The notes beneath the pieces were generated by a model. That model was not told where the DNA came from, searched no databases, and was given only the letters and a program-made list of their open reading frames with translations. DNA of 64,000 bases. It comes from a virus (Duplodnaviria; Caudoviricetes). Positions 8,709 through 17,118 of the stretch are shown here, one piece after another. How positions within the stretch are numbered: the first letter of the stretch is position 1; each line of letters begins with the position of its first letter. The stretch lies in the IMG/VR virus record IMGVR_UViG_3300028601_000020; one strand, written 5' to 3'. A program made the translations under genes and the position numbers.

Positions 8709-9299
8709 ATGAAGATTTTCAGTGACGACATGAAAGCCATTCTTGACCGCGCCGATGACGTGAAAGCAGAACTGAAAAGTTTCGGTTTCGCTGAGATTGA
8801 AATTGATTTTCGTATTGAAGTCTTGAAGCGTGGTTTCGCTGGTGTTGCGTATACTGGTGAATCTGGCTACATGTACGTTGATGAACGTCGGCCGCGTTTG
8901 GGAACAACTTATCGGGAACGCCCGGTTGTTAAAATTTCCCCTGACTACCTCAAAGAATACCGCGAAGAAATTCTTCATCGGACTGTTGCCCACGAAATTT
9001 GTCATTGTTATGTTCATCATTATTATCCTCGGGCAAAACAGGCTCATGGTCCTGAGTTTCGTCGGATGATGCGTCTTCTGGGTCTTGAAGGTTCTACTTA
9101 TCACAGTATGAAGCTGGAAAACGGACCCAAGAAGCGGGTATATGCGAAAAAGCGTTATGGGTACAAAAACCCGGTTTCTGGTGAAATGTATTGGATCACA
9201 AAAGCAAAGCACGAAAAAGCCATGAAGGGTTTGACTACTCTTTACGCAAGAGGCGGAGTTGCTGTTGTGTTCTCCGGCGAAATCAAAGAAGTTAAATAA
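8709..9299 (+). CDS. SprT-like zinc metalloprotease
   Basis: TVAHEICH (HExxH), followed by AHGPEFRRMM and a downstream His; GAGG RBS. Confidence 0.85.
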   Translation: MKIFSDDMKAILDRADDVKAELKSFGFAEIEIDFRIEVLKRGFAGVAYTGESGYMYVDERRPRLGTTYRERPVVKISPDYLKEYREEILHRTVAHEICHCYVHHYYPRAKQAHGPEFRRMMRLLGLEGSTYHSMKLENGPKKRVYAKKRYGYKNPVSGEMYWITKAKHEKAMKGLTTLYARGGVAVVFSGEIKEVK

Positions 9300-9309
9300 G
9301 GAGATTATT

Positions 9310-9819
9310 ATGTTTTCATTTGATGCTAAATCCGTTATCCAAATGTTGGTTGATCAGAATATTGATCGTTCTTTGAGTATTGCGAATTGCGAATATCCTC
9401 TTTTTTACTCCGATGGGATTAAAATTGATTTTCGGGTGTGTGTTGATTCTACTTTCACTGATTCAGATGAATATCTTTCGGAAACTCGGTTTGTTTCAAT
9501 GATTTTCTTTGGAGCGGTATCTGTTTTTTACTCTGTTAGCGATTCGTCCGAATATTTTAACAATAAAAACGACGATCCGAAAAATTATATCAATTCCAGC
9601 AACCACAGTTCTTGTTGGCGAACCGATGGTTTTCATTTTCTTTCAACGTTGTATTTTGAATTGTGCAAGAAAGTGAATCCTTCTGTTGCTCCTAAATCTC
9701 TCAATTCGGTTGATTTCGCAAGTCAAATCCGAGTTTCAAAAGTATCTGTGTGTTGGAAACACACAGGCGAAACAAATCATAAAGAAATTGTCAGTTTCAA
9801 GATAAAGACAGAAAAATAA
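9310..9819 (+). CDS. Hypothetical protein
   Basis: AAGGAG RBS before the ATG at 9310. Confidence 0.6.
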   Translation: MFSFDAKSVIQMLVDQNIDRSLSIANCEYPLFYSDGIKIDFRVCVDSTFTDSDEYLSETRFVSMIFFGAVSVFYSVSDSSEYFNNKNDDPKNYINSSNHSSCWRTDGFHFLSTLYFELCKKVNPSVAPKSLNSVDFASQIRVSKVSVCWKHTGETNHKEIVSFKIKTEK

Positions 9820-9860
9820 TTCACCGGTTCACTGATTAACTTTTTTCTAAGGAGATTATT

Positions 9861-10082
9861 ATGCACTTCATGCCAGCAATCGGTTCCCGTGTGATGTATG
9901 AATCTTTTGATGCTTTGGTCCCGTATCTTATTATTGGATACGAAGAGGATGATATTGCGATAATCAAAGACATGGACACAGGTCATGAAACGTGGATTAT
10001 CGTCAAATTCTTCAAATATGACGGAGATCATCCGCGTGGCTATCGTGAAGTTTGGAACGAAAGATTAACTTTATTGGATTGA
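9861..10082 (+). CDS. Hypothetical protein
   Basis: AAGGAG RBS. Confidence 0.6.
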   Translation: MHFMPAIGSRVMYESFDALVPYLIIGYEEDDIAIIKDMDTGHETWIIVKFFKYDGDHPRGYREVWNERLTLLD

Positions 10083-10092
10083 GGAAATATAA

Positions 10093-10563
10093 ATGGGAAA
10101 CATGAAACGACTGAATGAAACACTTGAAGACTTGGCAGATTTGTATGAATACGGGAATCTTCAATTAAGCGCAGATCCTGCGGGATTTCTTGAAGATGTT
10201 ATTTCTGAAATCAAAGAACTCCGAAAAGAAAATCATGAACTAATGCTCCGATTGGATTCGTTTGATGATGAACGCCACGAGATATTAGATAATTATCCGG
10301 CAGGAGAAAAAGTTTTTGTTCATCTAAACGATGACGCGGGATTGATTTTGGCTTCTGTTGAGCCATATTCTTGTCCGGGTGATTGGATAACCTCCTTTTC
10401 GTTCATTGGCAGTGCAGAGTCCTATATTAAGGAGAATGGATATAAATACGATAGATCCAAGGATTTCTATTGTACTCTATCTCCAGACAAAAGGACTACT
10501 TATGAACGATTCGTGGGAAAAATCCCAGAACCCCAAAAATTTCATCCCCTTGAAACAGAGTGA
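10093..10563 (+). CDS. Hypothetical protein
   Basis: GAGG RBS; short coiled-coil segment. Confidence 0.6.
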   Translation: MGNMKRLNETLEDLADLYEYGNLQLSADPAGFLEDVISEIKELRKENHELMLRLDSFDDERHEILDNYPAGEKVFVHLNDDAGLILASVEPYSCPGDWITSFSFIGSAESYIKENGYKYDRSKDFYCTLSPDKRTTYERFVGKIPEPQKFHPLETE

Positions 10564-11041
10564 CATAATCAAACTAAAAGAAGAATTGCATACCGCTCAA
10601 AATAATATTTGCCCTATCCTCAAGAAAGAATTTCCTCTTGAAGACATGGTTGTTGATCATGTTCATAAAAGAAAACAAATGGACGAGCCTAACGAAGAAA
10701 ATGGCGGGCTTGTTCGTGGAGCAATAAATCGGTACGCAAACATTATGTTGGGCAAGATTGAAAATTCATGGAGACGCACGGGACTCGAAAATCAAGGTTA
10801 TGACTTGCCTTCTGCTTTAAGAGCAATGGCCGATTTTCTTGACCAAGAACCCCTGCCTTATATCCATCCTTCTGAAAAGATTCCTCATAAAAAGGTAATG
10901 AAGTCTTGTTTTAATAAACTCATTAAAGAGATGAAAAAACAAGAAGTTAAACGTCTTCCTCTTTATCCAAGAACAGGAAAACTAACAAAAAAACTGGAAT
11001 CGTTGTTTGAAAAATATGAAATACCTATAGAATTTTATTGA
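10502..11041 (+). CDS. gp49: Recombination endonuclease VII (T4 gp49-like Holliday junction resolvase)
   Basis: Q...CPI...VVDHVH...G.VRG......N..LGKIEN...R.GL matches the Endo VII His-Me core; AAGGA RBS before the ATG at 10502. Confidence 0.78.
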   Translation: MNDSWEKSQNPKNFIPLKQSDIIKLKEELHTAQNNICPILKKEFPLEDMVVDHVHKRKQMDEPNEENGGLVRGAINRYANIMLGKIENSWRRTGLENQGYDLPSALRAMADFLDQEPLPYIHPSEKIPHKKVMKSCFNKLIKEMKKQEVKRLPLYPRTGKLTKKLESLFEKYEIPIEFY

Positions 11042-11088
11042 TTTTGCTGAATAAAGCGTGTATTCTGTTTATGAAAGTTAATTGAACG
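11038..11088 (+). promoter_or_regulatory. Repeated early promoter plus conserved leader, copy 3
   Basis: TTGATT-N17-TATTCT-GTTTAT-GAAAGTTAATTGA. Confidence 0.78.
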
Positions 11089-11111
11089 ATAAAAACAAAA
11101 CGGAGCTAATT

Positions 11112-11426
11112 ATGAAAGAATTTGAATATGGTGTTTATCATCTTGGTATCGCACTGAGCCTTTTTGTAACTGAATGTTCTGTTGATCCAGGAGAAGCTGC
11201 CGGATATTGGTCTCCCGGTTATGCGCCCGAAGTTGAAGGAATGGACGGCTATGTTCGTCTTGAACCTGAACATGCGTGGGATGAACTTGAAGAAGGAGCA
11301 AAGGAATTTCTTGCACTCTTGGAGCGCGATCCCGAAAAGGCGTTTTATGAACTTATTGTTAAATATTGGGATGATGTTGCGCGGGAGTTGATTGATCATC
11401 TGGAATCCGAACTAAAGGAGTATTAA
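11112..11426 (+). CDS. Hypothetical acidic early protein
   Basis: GGAG RBS; DPGE...YWSPG...EVE motif. Confidence 0.65.
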   Translation: MKEFEYGVYHLGIALSLFVTECSVDPGEAAGYWSPGYAPEVEGMDGYVRLEPEHAWDELEEGAKEFLALLERDPEKAFYELIVKYWDDVARELIDHLESELKEY

Positions 11427-11431
11427 ATAGC

Positions 11432-12397
11432 ATGATTTTAACAGATTATTCGGCACTGTGCATCGCCTCTATCACTGGGGCGGTGTTCAGGGAGAAGATT
11501 ACCTTAAATGATAATCTTCTCCGTCATATCATCTTGAACAAGTACAGGGAACTAAACGTCAAGTTATCAAGTCAATTTGGAGAATTGTTGGTTCTGTGTG
11601 ATTCAAAATCATGGCGAAAAGATTATTTTCCTTATTATAAAGCCCATCGTCAAAAGCTAAAAGATGATTCGGTTATTGATTGGGACATGGTTTTCCGTGT
11701 AATGGATGAAATGAAAGTGATTCTTCATGAAAACTTTCCATTTTATGTTGTTTCGGTCAAAAACTGTGAGGCAGACGACTTGATTGCAGCGTTTGCTTAT
11801 AAAGCGGATTCTCCTGTGTGTATCGTTTCAAAAGACAAAGATTTTTATCAACTTCAAAAAAATCCACTTGTGAAGCAGTGGGATTATTCTTCAAAGGATT
11901 TTATTGAAATCAACGAACCGGATTACTTCCGGAATGAACTTATAATTAAAGGTGATTCTGGAGACGGTGTTCCTAATATTCTTTCGGATGACGATACTTT
12001 TGTGACTGAAGGAAAGAGGCAAAAGCCGATTACGAAAAAACGTCTTCAAGATTTAATGATCCACACAAAAGATGATTTTGTTTCTGCTCCGGTTGAACTC
12101 CGAAGAAATTGGGAACGAAACAAAAAATTGATTGACTTACTTGAGCCAGTTGATATTGCTTTTGAAGGTATTGAAAATTTTAACGAACAAAAGCTAAATA
12201 AAAATGTATCGCAGGGCGACACAATGAAATATTTGGCAGAAAACAAAATGGTTGTCTTGCTTGGAAAGATGACAGATTTTTACCGAAAAGGAGAAAGAAA
12301 AGAAAATGGATCCACACCTTTACCACGAAATGTTGACGAAGAAAATTCTGGACGAAAAGTTCAAGACTGGTCACTTGAACAATTTATCAATTCCTGA
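11432..12397 (+). CDS. rnh: T4-type RNase H / 5'-3' exonuclease
   Basis: MILTDYS, LRHIILN, SWRKDYFPYYKAHR, EADDLIA, IVSKDKDFYQL and IIKGDSGDGVPNILS..D.FV...RQKPI. Confidence 0.93.
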   Translation: MILTDYSALCIASITGAVFREKITLNDNLLRHIILNKYRELNVKLSSQFGELLVLCDSKSWRKDYFPYYKAHRQKLKDDSVIDWDMVFRVMDEMKVILHENFPFYVVSVKNCEADDLIAAFAYKADSPVCIVSKDKDFYQLQKNPLVKQWDYSSKDFIEINEPDYFRNELIIKGDSGDGVPNILSDDDTFVTEGKRQKPITKKRLQDLMIHTKDDFVSAPVELRRNWERNKKLIDLLEPVDIAFEGIENFNEQKLNKNVSQGDTMKYLAENKMVVLLGKMTDFYRKGERKENGSTPLPRNVDEENSGRKVQDWSLEQFINS

Positions 12398-12956
12398 AAA
12401 ACTGGAAACTATTTCAAAAATCAACCCGTTCAGCGAAAGAGTAAAAGCCCTTCAAGCGAACTCCGAACGGTCGCTTAACACGATTCTTTTGTATACTTTC
12501 GGAGATTATAAATGGAAGTTCACAAAAGAAGATATTGACAAACTTGAATACAAAGAGCCTCCTGCGGATGAAGATGTTTTTATTCAAGGAACAAATCTGA
12601 ATCAAGAGGCAAAGCGACTTTATATTTTCATGGAAGGAGAGAAAGCAAGCAAAGAAAAACTTTCTGAAATTCTTTTGGTGATGCTTGAAAATCTTCACCC
12701 AGACGAAGGAAAAATTCTGAAAGGTATCTTTGAAGGAAATTCTCCTTATAAGAATATCACCAAAAAACTTGTCGCAACTGCATTTCCTGATCTTTTCCCT
12801 GATTATAAGGAGGAGGAGAAAAAGCCTGAGGGAAAGTCAAACCCTACGCCAAAGCCATCAGGTGGATCAAAGAAAAAATCAACGAAGCAAACGGAACCTG
12901 CTCCGGAGAAGACTGAAGACAAGAAGGAGGAGTCAAATGCCGACTTATCTGTATAA
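12306..12956 (+). CDS. Conserved T4-like hypothetical protein (DUF6433-like) with low-complexity C-terminus
   Basis: L..E.KRLYIF...MLENLHPDE..IL...Y..IT..LV..AFP motif typical of T4-like phages. Confidence 0.7.
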   Translation: MDPHLYHEMLTKKILDEKFKTGHLNNLSIPEKLETISKINPFSERVKALQANSERSLNTILLYTFGDYKWKFTKEDIDKLEYKEPPADEDVFIQGTNLNQEAKRLYIFMEGEKASKEKLSEILLVMLENLHPDEGKILKGIFEGNSPYKNITKKLVATAFPDLFPDYKEEEKKPEGKSNPTPKPSGGSKKKSTKQTEPAPEKTEDKKEESNADLSV

Positions 12957-13209
12957 GTGCGATGATTCATATCCACACAAGGGGTGTGGACACGAATGGG
13001 AGGAGACACTAAGCATTGCAGAACGAACCGTGCCAATGAAAGGGAAATGTCCTGAATGCGGAAAGAAAGATAATATCATTCGTGTTTTCACTGCCGCGAC
13101 TCTTTTTCATGGTGTTGTGAATCCTCACGACAAGATGGACGAAAATTTCAAGTCTGAAATGAAACGTATAAAAAAAGAACATCCTGATATGGAAAGTTCA
13201 TACTTCTAG
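12937..13209 (+). CDS. FmdB-family zinc-ribbon protein
   Basis: MPTYLYKC...CGHEWEE...CPECG; GGAGG RBS. Confidence 0.8.
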   Translation: MPTYLYKCDDSYPHKGCGHEWEETLSIAERTVPMKGKCPECGKKDNIIRVFTAATLFHGVVNPHDKMDENFKSEMKRIKKEHPDMESSYF

Positions 13210-13217
13210 GAGAGAAA

Positions 13218-13682
13218 ATGAGAAAATTTTATTGGGTTCAACTAGACGGGAAAGACGAATGGGTAATTGCTGAAAAGCAAGACCTTGGAAGGTGGTTTAT
13301 TTGTGGAATTGATTATGTTATGAATGAAAAATCCATCGGAAAAAACGGATCAATAACAAAAGTTGGATCTGAAGTTCATTGCCCATATACCATAGCATAC
13401 GAAGGAATCCTCAATGAGGACGTGTTCACTTTTATAGGAATGAAAGCAAAGGAGAAAGAAATGAACAACACGACGAACAAAGACAACTGGAAAGACAAAG
13501 CAACAGGAATGGTTTGTTCAACTTGTACAAATTATGCACCAAAAAACGAATTTATCGGTCGGTGCCGCAGGAATGCACCAACAATGAAAGGATTTCCTGC
13601 TGTCTTTCCGACTGATTGGTGTGGAGAACATAAAATGAATGATGCATTGGTTGCAGAGAGGAAGAAAAATGCCGCTGTTTGA
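13218..13682 (+). CDS. Hypothetical protein; C-terminal Cys-rich domain with its own internal start
   Basis: C-terminal CSTC...GRCRRNAP...FP.V...DWCGEH; internal AAGGAG plus ATG at 13461. Confidence 0.6.
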   Translation: MRKFYWVQLDGKDEWVIAEKQDLGRWFICGIDYVMNEKSIGKNGSITKVGSEVHCPYTIAYEGILNEDVFTFIGMKAKEKEMNNTTNKDNWKDKATGMVCSTCTNYAPKNEFIGRCRRNAPTMKGFPAVFPTDWCGEHKMNDALVAERKKNAAV

Positions 13683-13875
13683 TTACCACTGTCTTGTCTG
13701 CAAACACGACTATGAGGAATTTTCAAATATTAAAGTTGACAGCAACGGAAATAATCTGTTAGATGTACCAAGATGCCCAAGATGTGGCTCAGATGAGGTT
13801 ATGAAACAGATTTCGCCTTGTAATTTTCATTTAAAGGGAAACGGGTGGGCAAAAGATGGATATGCAAAAAAGTAA
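13669..13875 (+). CDS. FmdB-family zinc-ribbon protein (second copy)
   Basis: MPLFDYHCLVC...CPRCGS...KQIS...FHLKGNGWAKDGY. Confidence 0.82.
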   Translation: MPLFDYHCLVCKHDYEEFSNIKVDSNGNNLLDVPRCPRCGSDEVMKQISPCNFHLKGNGWAKDGYAKK

Positions 13876-14053
13876 AGACACAGAGCCTAATATATTATAT
13901 CTTGCCATTAAAGGTGTAATTGCTAGTTTAAATAAAGAAGACCAAAAAAAGGTTTTTGAAATCGTTGAGGATTTCGAGTATGAAATTGAAACAAACAAAG
14001 ATCATGCTTATATTGCATTGAGCCTTTTAGCGGCAAAATACGGATACAAATGA
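13856..14053 (+). CDS. Hypothetical protein
   Basis: ORF packed in the operon. Confidence 0.55.
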   Translation: MDMQKSKDTEPNILYLAIKGVIASLNKEDQKKVFEIVEDFEYEIETNKDHAYIALSLLAAKYGYK

Positions 14054-14256
14054 AATCAAAAATGATTCTCACTAAAGAAGGCGATTCGTCCAAATCACGG
14101 GACAAATATAATATTACTCTTCGTTGTTCTGTTTGTGGAGCGGAGTATATTATGAAATGGACAGATTATGAAATAGACAAGGGTTGTAAGTTTGATTGCG
14201 AATATTGCCACTTCAAAGGAGTAGTAGAACCGAAATTGAATATTTTAAATGGATGA
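14050..14256 (+). CDS. Small Zn-ribbon protein
   Basis: CSVCG...CEYC. Confidence 0.6.
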   Translation: MKSKMILTKEGDSSKSRDKYNITLRCSVCGAEYIMKWTDYEIDKGCKFDCEYCHFKGVVEPKLNILNG

Positions 14257-14423
14257 GGTAACCGTTTCTTATGACGATGTTGGCCGCCGTTACCATGTTC
14301 ATGATCAAAAATTTTATTTTTATTCTGTTATTGTGTTTTTTGATTATTTTTGTTCTTTTCTGGAACGATATAAAAACAAAATTGTTCCAGAAAAGAACAA
14401 AATGTAAAATCAATAACTAGAAA

Positions 14424-15048
14424 TCATTTATTAGAAGAATTGTTTTTACATTTGTCAAAATGATATCTTTTCATCCCTCCTTGTCCTCCTGTTTTACCGC
14501 AGTGAGGACAAGTTATTGTCTTCTGGGTGTAATTTCTTCTCTTTTTTCCATACATCGCATTTTTATTTCCTTTCATTGATTCGCTGATTTTTCTTTTGTG
14601 TTCTTCTGATTTTAATTTGCCTTTATGAGAATCACTCATTTTTTGTTTTGATTTACTAGAAGCCTTTTTGCCAAAATTATGATTTCTCTCTCCTTTCATT
14701 GATTCGCTGATTTTTCTTTTTGATTCTCCTGAATGAGAAAAAACCACGATTTCCTTGACCGCCACCACAAAGATTATAATTGTCTCTGCGATTTACAAAA
14801 TTCTCATTGACGATTTCTTTTTCTTTCTTGTATGCTTCTTTTGCTGTATAAAAGATATGGAGAGTTTCACGAATGAAATTTTCCTCGCCGTATTTCTTGA
14901 TGGCTCTTTTTAGCATGAGTCCACTTCCAAGATATCCGTCAAAAATTATCGGCAAGAAAAAATCTTGTTTATGAACACCAATATAAAATTTTCCATTGAC
15001 AAGATTGGTAGTTCGGTATACAATATAAATATGCTTAGATTCTGACAT
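14424..15048 (-). pseudogene. GIY-YIG (Seg-like) homing endonuclease with NUMOD3 repeats, split by a 1-nt frameshift
   Basis: IYIVYRTTNLVNGKFYIGVH...YLGSG..LKRAIKKYG.ENF...YNL..GG in one frame; HS.ESKRKISESMKGE.N..FGK repeats plus CPHCGK in another. The junction is at a T6 run (minus strand) near 14738-14743. Confidence 0.85.
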
Positions 15049-15079
15049 GCTATACCTCGAATATAGATGTTGGGGTTTA

Positions 15080-15120
15080 GGTTTGTTGAAGAATTCGCCG
15101 TTCTTCAACAAACCGTTTTT
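15080..15120. terminator. Perfect 14-bp hairpin with a T-run (+ strand terminator-like); lies in the leader of the GIY-YIG gene on the - strand
   Basis: GGTTTGTTGAAGAA-ttcgccg-TTCTTCAACAAACC followed by GTTTTTT. Confidence 0.6.
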
Positions 15121-15128
15121 TGTATAAG

Positions 15129-15136
15129 TATTTATG
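15129..15136 (-). promoter_or_regulatory. Putative late promoter for the GIY-YIG gene
   Basis: CATAAATA (1 mismatch to TATAAATA), about 80 nt upstream of the start at 15048. Confidence 0.5.
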
Positions 15137-15166
15137 ATTTCCACAAATTGATAAAGGAGAAATACA

Positions 15167-15721
15167 ATGAATGAAGATTCAAAGAAACGATATTATGAAC
15201 GCCTTCAATCTCTTGATATTCACGAAGGAGACGTTGAATTTTTCTTTGATGTGTTTTGTCACCAAATTGACGCTATCACAAATCTGAAAGAAAAAAATCT
15301 CGTTCTAAAAAAAGAAATTGAAAAACGCCAACTTGATAGCTTTCTTGATTCAAGGGAATATGCAAAATCTCGTTTCATGGAAATCGTCCGAGACAAATCA
15401 AGAAAAGCAAAAATCACAATCAATCCTTGCACAGGAAGGATTACGGTAAAAATTCCTCAAAGTTTCAGTGATAAAGAGAAAAACCGGATTATTGCTCTTG
15501 GTAATAAAGTCTTTTTCTGTGATGATTTTGTGAAGATGACTTACCGTGGAACGGTTCAAACAAAAAATGATGGAACGTTTTCTGTTTGTATGCAGACAGA
15601 AGACAAAAAATTCAATGTTCGTTTTGATGAAGAGTTTGACAGCCCAGAAGAAACGCCAGAACATTTCGGGAAAAATTTTTTAAAAATGAGTGAAAAACTA
15701 TTGACTCCCCTTTCGGAATAG
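15167..15721 (+). CDS. Hypothetical protein
   Basis: AAGGAG RBS. Confidence 0.65.
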   Translation: MNEDSKKRYYERLQSLDIHEGDVEFFFDVFCHQIDAITNLKEKNLVLKKEIEKRQLDSFLDSREYAKSRFMEIVRDKSRKAKITINPCTGRITVKIPQSFSDKEKNRIIALGNKVFFCDDFVKMTYRGTVQTKNDGTFSVCMQTEDKKFNVRFDEEFDSPEETPEHFGKNFLKMSEKLLTPLSE

Positions 15722-15752
15722 TTTATTCTGTTCTTGAAAGTTAAGTGATGCT
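15701..15752 (+). promoter_or_regulatory. Repeated early promoter plus conserved leader, copy 4
   Basis: TTGACT-N17-TATTCT-GTTCTT-GAAAGTTAAGTGATGCT. Confidence 0.85.
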
Positions 15753-15780
15753 CAAAATTAATTCTGACGGAGGTTTGATC

Positions 15781-16020
15781 ATGAAACATTGTCTGTTCGT
15801 TCCCGAAAAATTGAACGTTGCCGTTTTTGAAGAAACCGGCAAAGATGAAATGACCGTTTCGGCTTCTCTCGGTTATACGAACATGAAGTCCCGTGAGAAG
15901 ATGACCAAAGACGAGGCCCGCGCTTTTTATCGTGAATTGTGTTGTAAAGGTTGGGTTAAGCCTGATGCAAAAACCGCAGCAAAGTTTACCCACTCTTATG
16001 TTTACCGCATTTATGACTGA
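15781..16020 (+). CDS. Hypothetical early protein
   Basis: GGAGG RBS after promoter copy 4. Confidence 0.65.
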   Translation: MKHCLFVPEKLNVAVFEETGKDEMTVSASLGYTNMKSREKMTKDEARAFYRELCCKGWVKPDAKTAAKFTHSYVYRIYD

Positions 16021-16033
16021 GGAGGTTTGTGAA

Positions 16034-16240
16034 ATGTTTATCCGTCAAGAAGAAGTTCCTGACCCTGAATTCCCGTGGTATCTTGTTCAATACTTTCCTT
16101 TTTCAACCAATATCTATATCTTTTCCCGCCACAAATCTTATCAAGAGGCTCAGGATTATCGGCGAGAACAAAAGAAAGAAGGGTTGTGTTTTGTTTCTCC
16201 GTATGCCGAAGTTTGTTACTATTTAGATCAAAAAAGGTAA
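16034..16240 (+). CDS. Hypothetical protein
   Basis: GAGGAGG RBS. Confidence 0.6.
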   Translation: MFIRQEEVPDPEFPWYLVQYFPFSTNIYIFSRHKSYQEAQDYRREQKKEGLCFVSPYAEVCYYLDQKR

Positions 16241-16248
16241 AAAAGTTA

Positions 16249-16300
16249 TTGACTCTGGTTTCAAAATAAAGTATTCTGTTCTTGAAAGTTAGGTGATGTT
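16249..16300 (+). promoter_or_regulatory. Repeated early promoter plus conserved leader, copy 5
   Basis: TTGACT-N17-TATTCT-GTTCTT-GAAAGTTAGGTGATGTT. Confidence 0.85.
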
Positions 16301-16327
16301 CAAAACAAATTCTGAAGGAGACTGATC

Positions 16328-16606
16328 ATGAAGGCAATCGTAACTCGCAAAGAAGCAATCGCAACCAAGTCCACCCGTTATTTCACCGGTAAGCCCTGCA
16401 AGCACGGTCACGTTGCCGAGCGGTTCACCAGCAACCGCGAATGCAAGGAGTGCCATGACATTCGTAAGGGCTACATCAAGCCCGCGCCCGTTGCCGAGCC
16501 GAAGAAGGAAGTTCGTGTTGTTTCTTTCGCAAAGGTTCCCCGTGGTTACGGCAAGCATCGTCGGCCGATCATCGTTTCTGAAACCTACAAGACTGCTTCT
16601 TTCTAA
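16328..16606 (+). CDS. Small basic protein with a Cys/His Zn-binding motif
   Basis: TRKEA...RYFTGKPCKHGHVAERFTSNRECKEC, a module usually found N-terminal to phage HNH nucleases. Confidence 0.7.
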   Translation: MKAIVTRKEAIATKSTRYFTGKPCKHGHVAERFTSNRECKECHDIRKGYIKPAPVAEPKKEVRVVSFAKVPRGYGKHRRPIIVSETYKTASF

Positions 16607-16616
16607 GGAGAACAAA

Positions 16617-16892
16617 ATGAACTTTTTTGTTGAATATAAAAACGAATTCGGTTCCCGTGAAGAGTTTAACGATTTCGTTGAACTAATCAAAAAAATATGG
16701 GTGATTAATGAGGAAGCCGCCCGTAAATTGACAAAAGCAGACGGATACACGTTCCCAAGTTTTTCTTATTCCGGTGATTTATCAGAGTGTTTCATGTGGG
16801 ACCGAACGAGTGAGGGCCATGATTATTGGTACAGTATTTTTGATATTATTCATCCGATTGATGAAGAAGACATTGAAAAGGAGGATGAATAA
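16617..16892 (+). CDS. Hypothetical protein
   Basis: AAGGAG RBS; F.W..T.EG.DYW motif common in phage proteins. Confidence 0.65.
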   Translation: MNFFVEYKNEFGSREEFNDFVELIKKIWVINEEAARKLTKADGYTFPSFSYSGDLSECFMWDRTSEGHDYWYSIFDIIHPIDEEDIEKEDE

Positions 16893-16893
16893 A

Positions 16894-17118
16894 ATGCGTG
16901 ATTTTCGCGTTTATGGTGATTGTGAAGACTACTTGATTGTTTATCTTCCAGAAGAAATTAAATTGTTTTCCGGAGTCATGCGAATGGATTTTGTTTATGA
17001 TTCCGAATATTTTTCAAAATTGTTTGCTGATGGTTGGAAAATTCTCACCATCAGCCACAAGGAAAACACCATCAATGAAAACACCATAACTCTTTACAAG
17101 AAACATGCCGATAACTGA
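16894..17118 (+). CDS. Hypothetical protein (tandem paralog A)
   Basis: AAGGAGG RBS; RMDFVYDSEYFSKLFADGWKIL. Confidence 0.65.
   Translation: MRDFRVYGDCEDYLIVYLPEEIKLFSGVMRMDFVYDSEYFSKLFADGWKILTISHKENTINENTITLYKKHADN

Noticed and set aside
12306-12397. 92-nt overlap between rnh and the next gene as a functional overprint
   Set aside because: The RNase H homology ends before the overlap; most simply a drifted stop codon.
15049-15144. N-terminal extension of the GIY-YIG ORF given by the ORF track
   Set aside because: It spans the promoter and hairpin; the GAGGT RBS points to the ATG at 15048.
8254-16300. Repeated sequences of about 50 nt as a CRISPR array
   Set aside because: Copies are hundreds to thousands of nt apart, have -35/-10 boxes and precede genes; no regular spacers and no cas genes.
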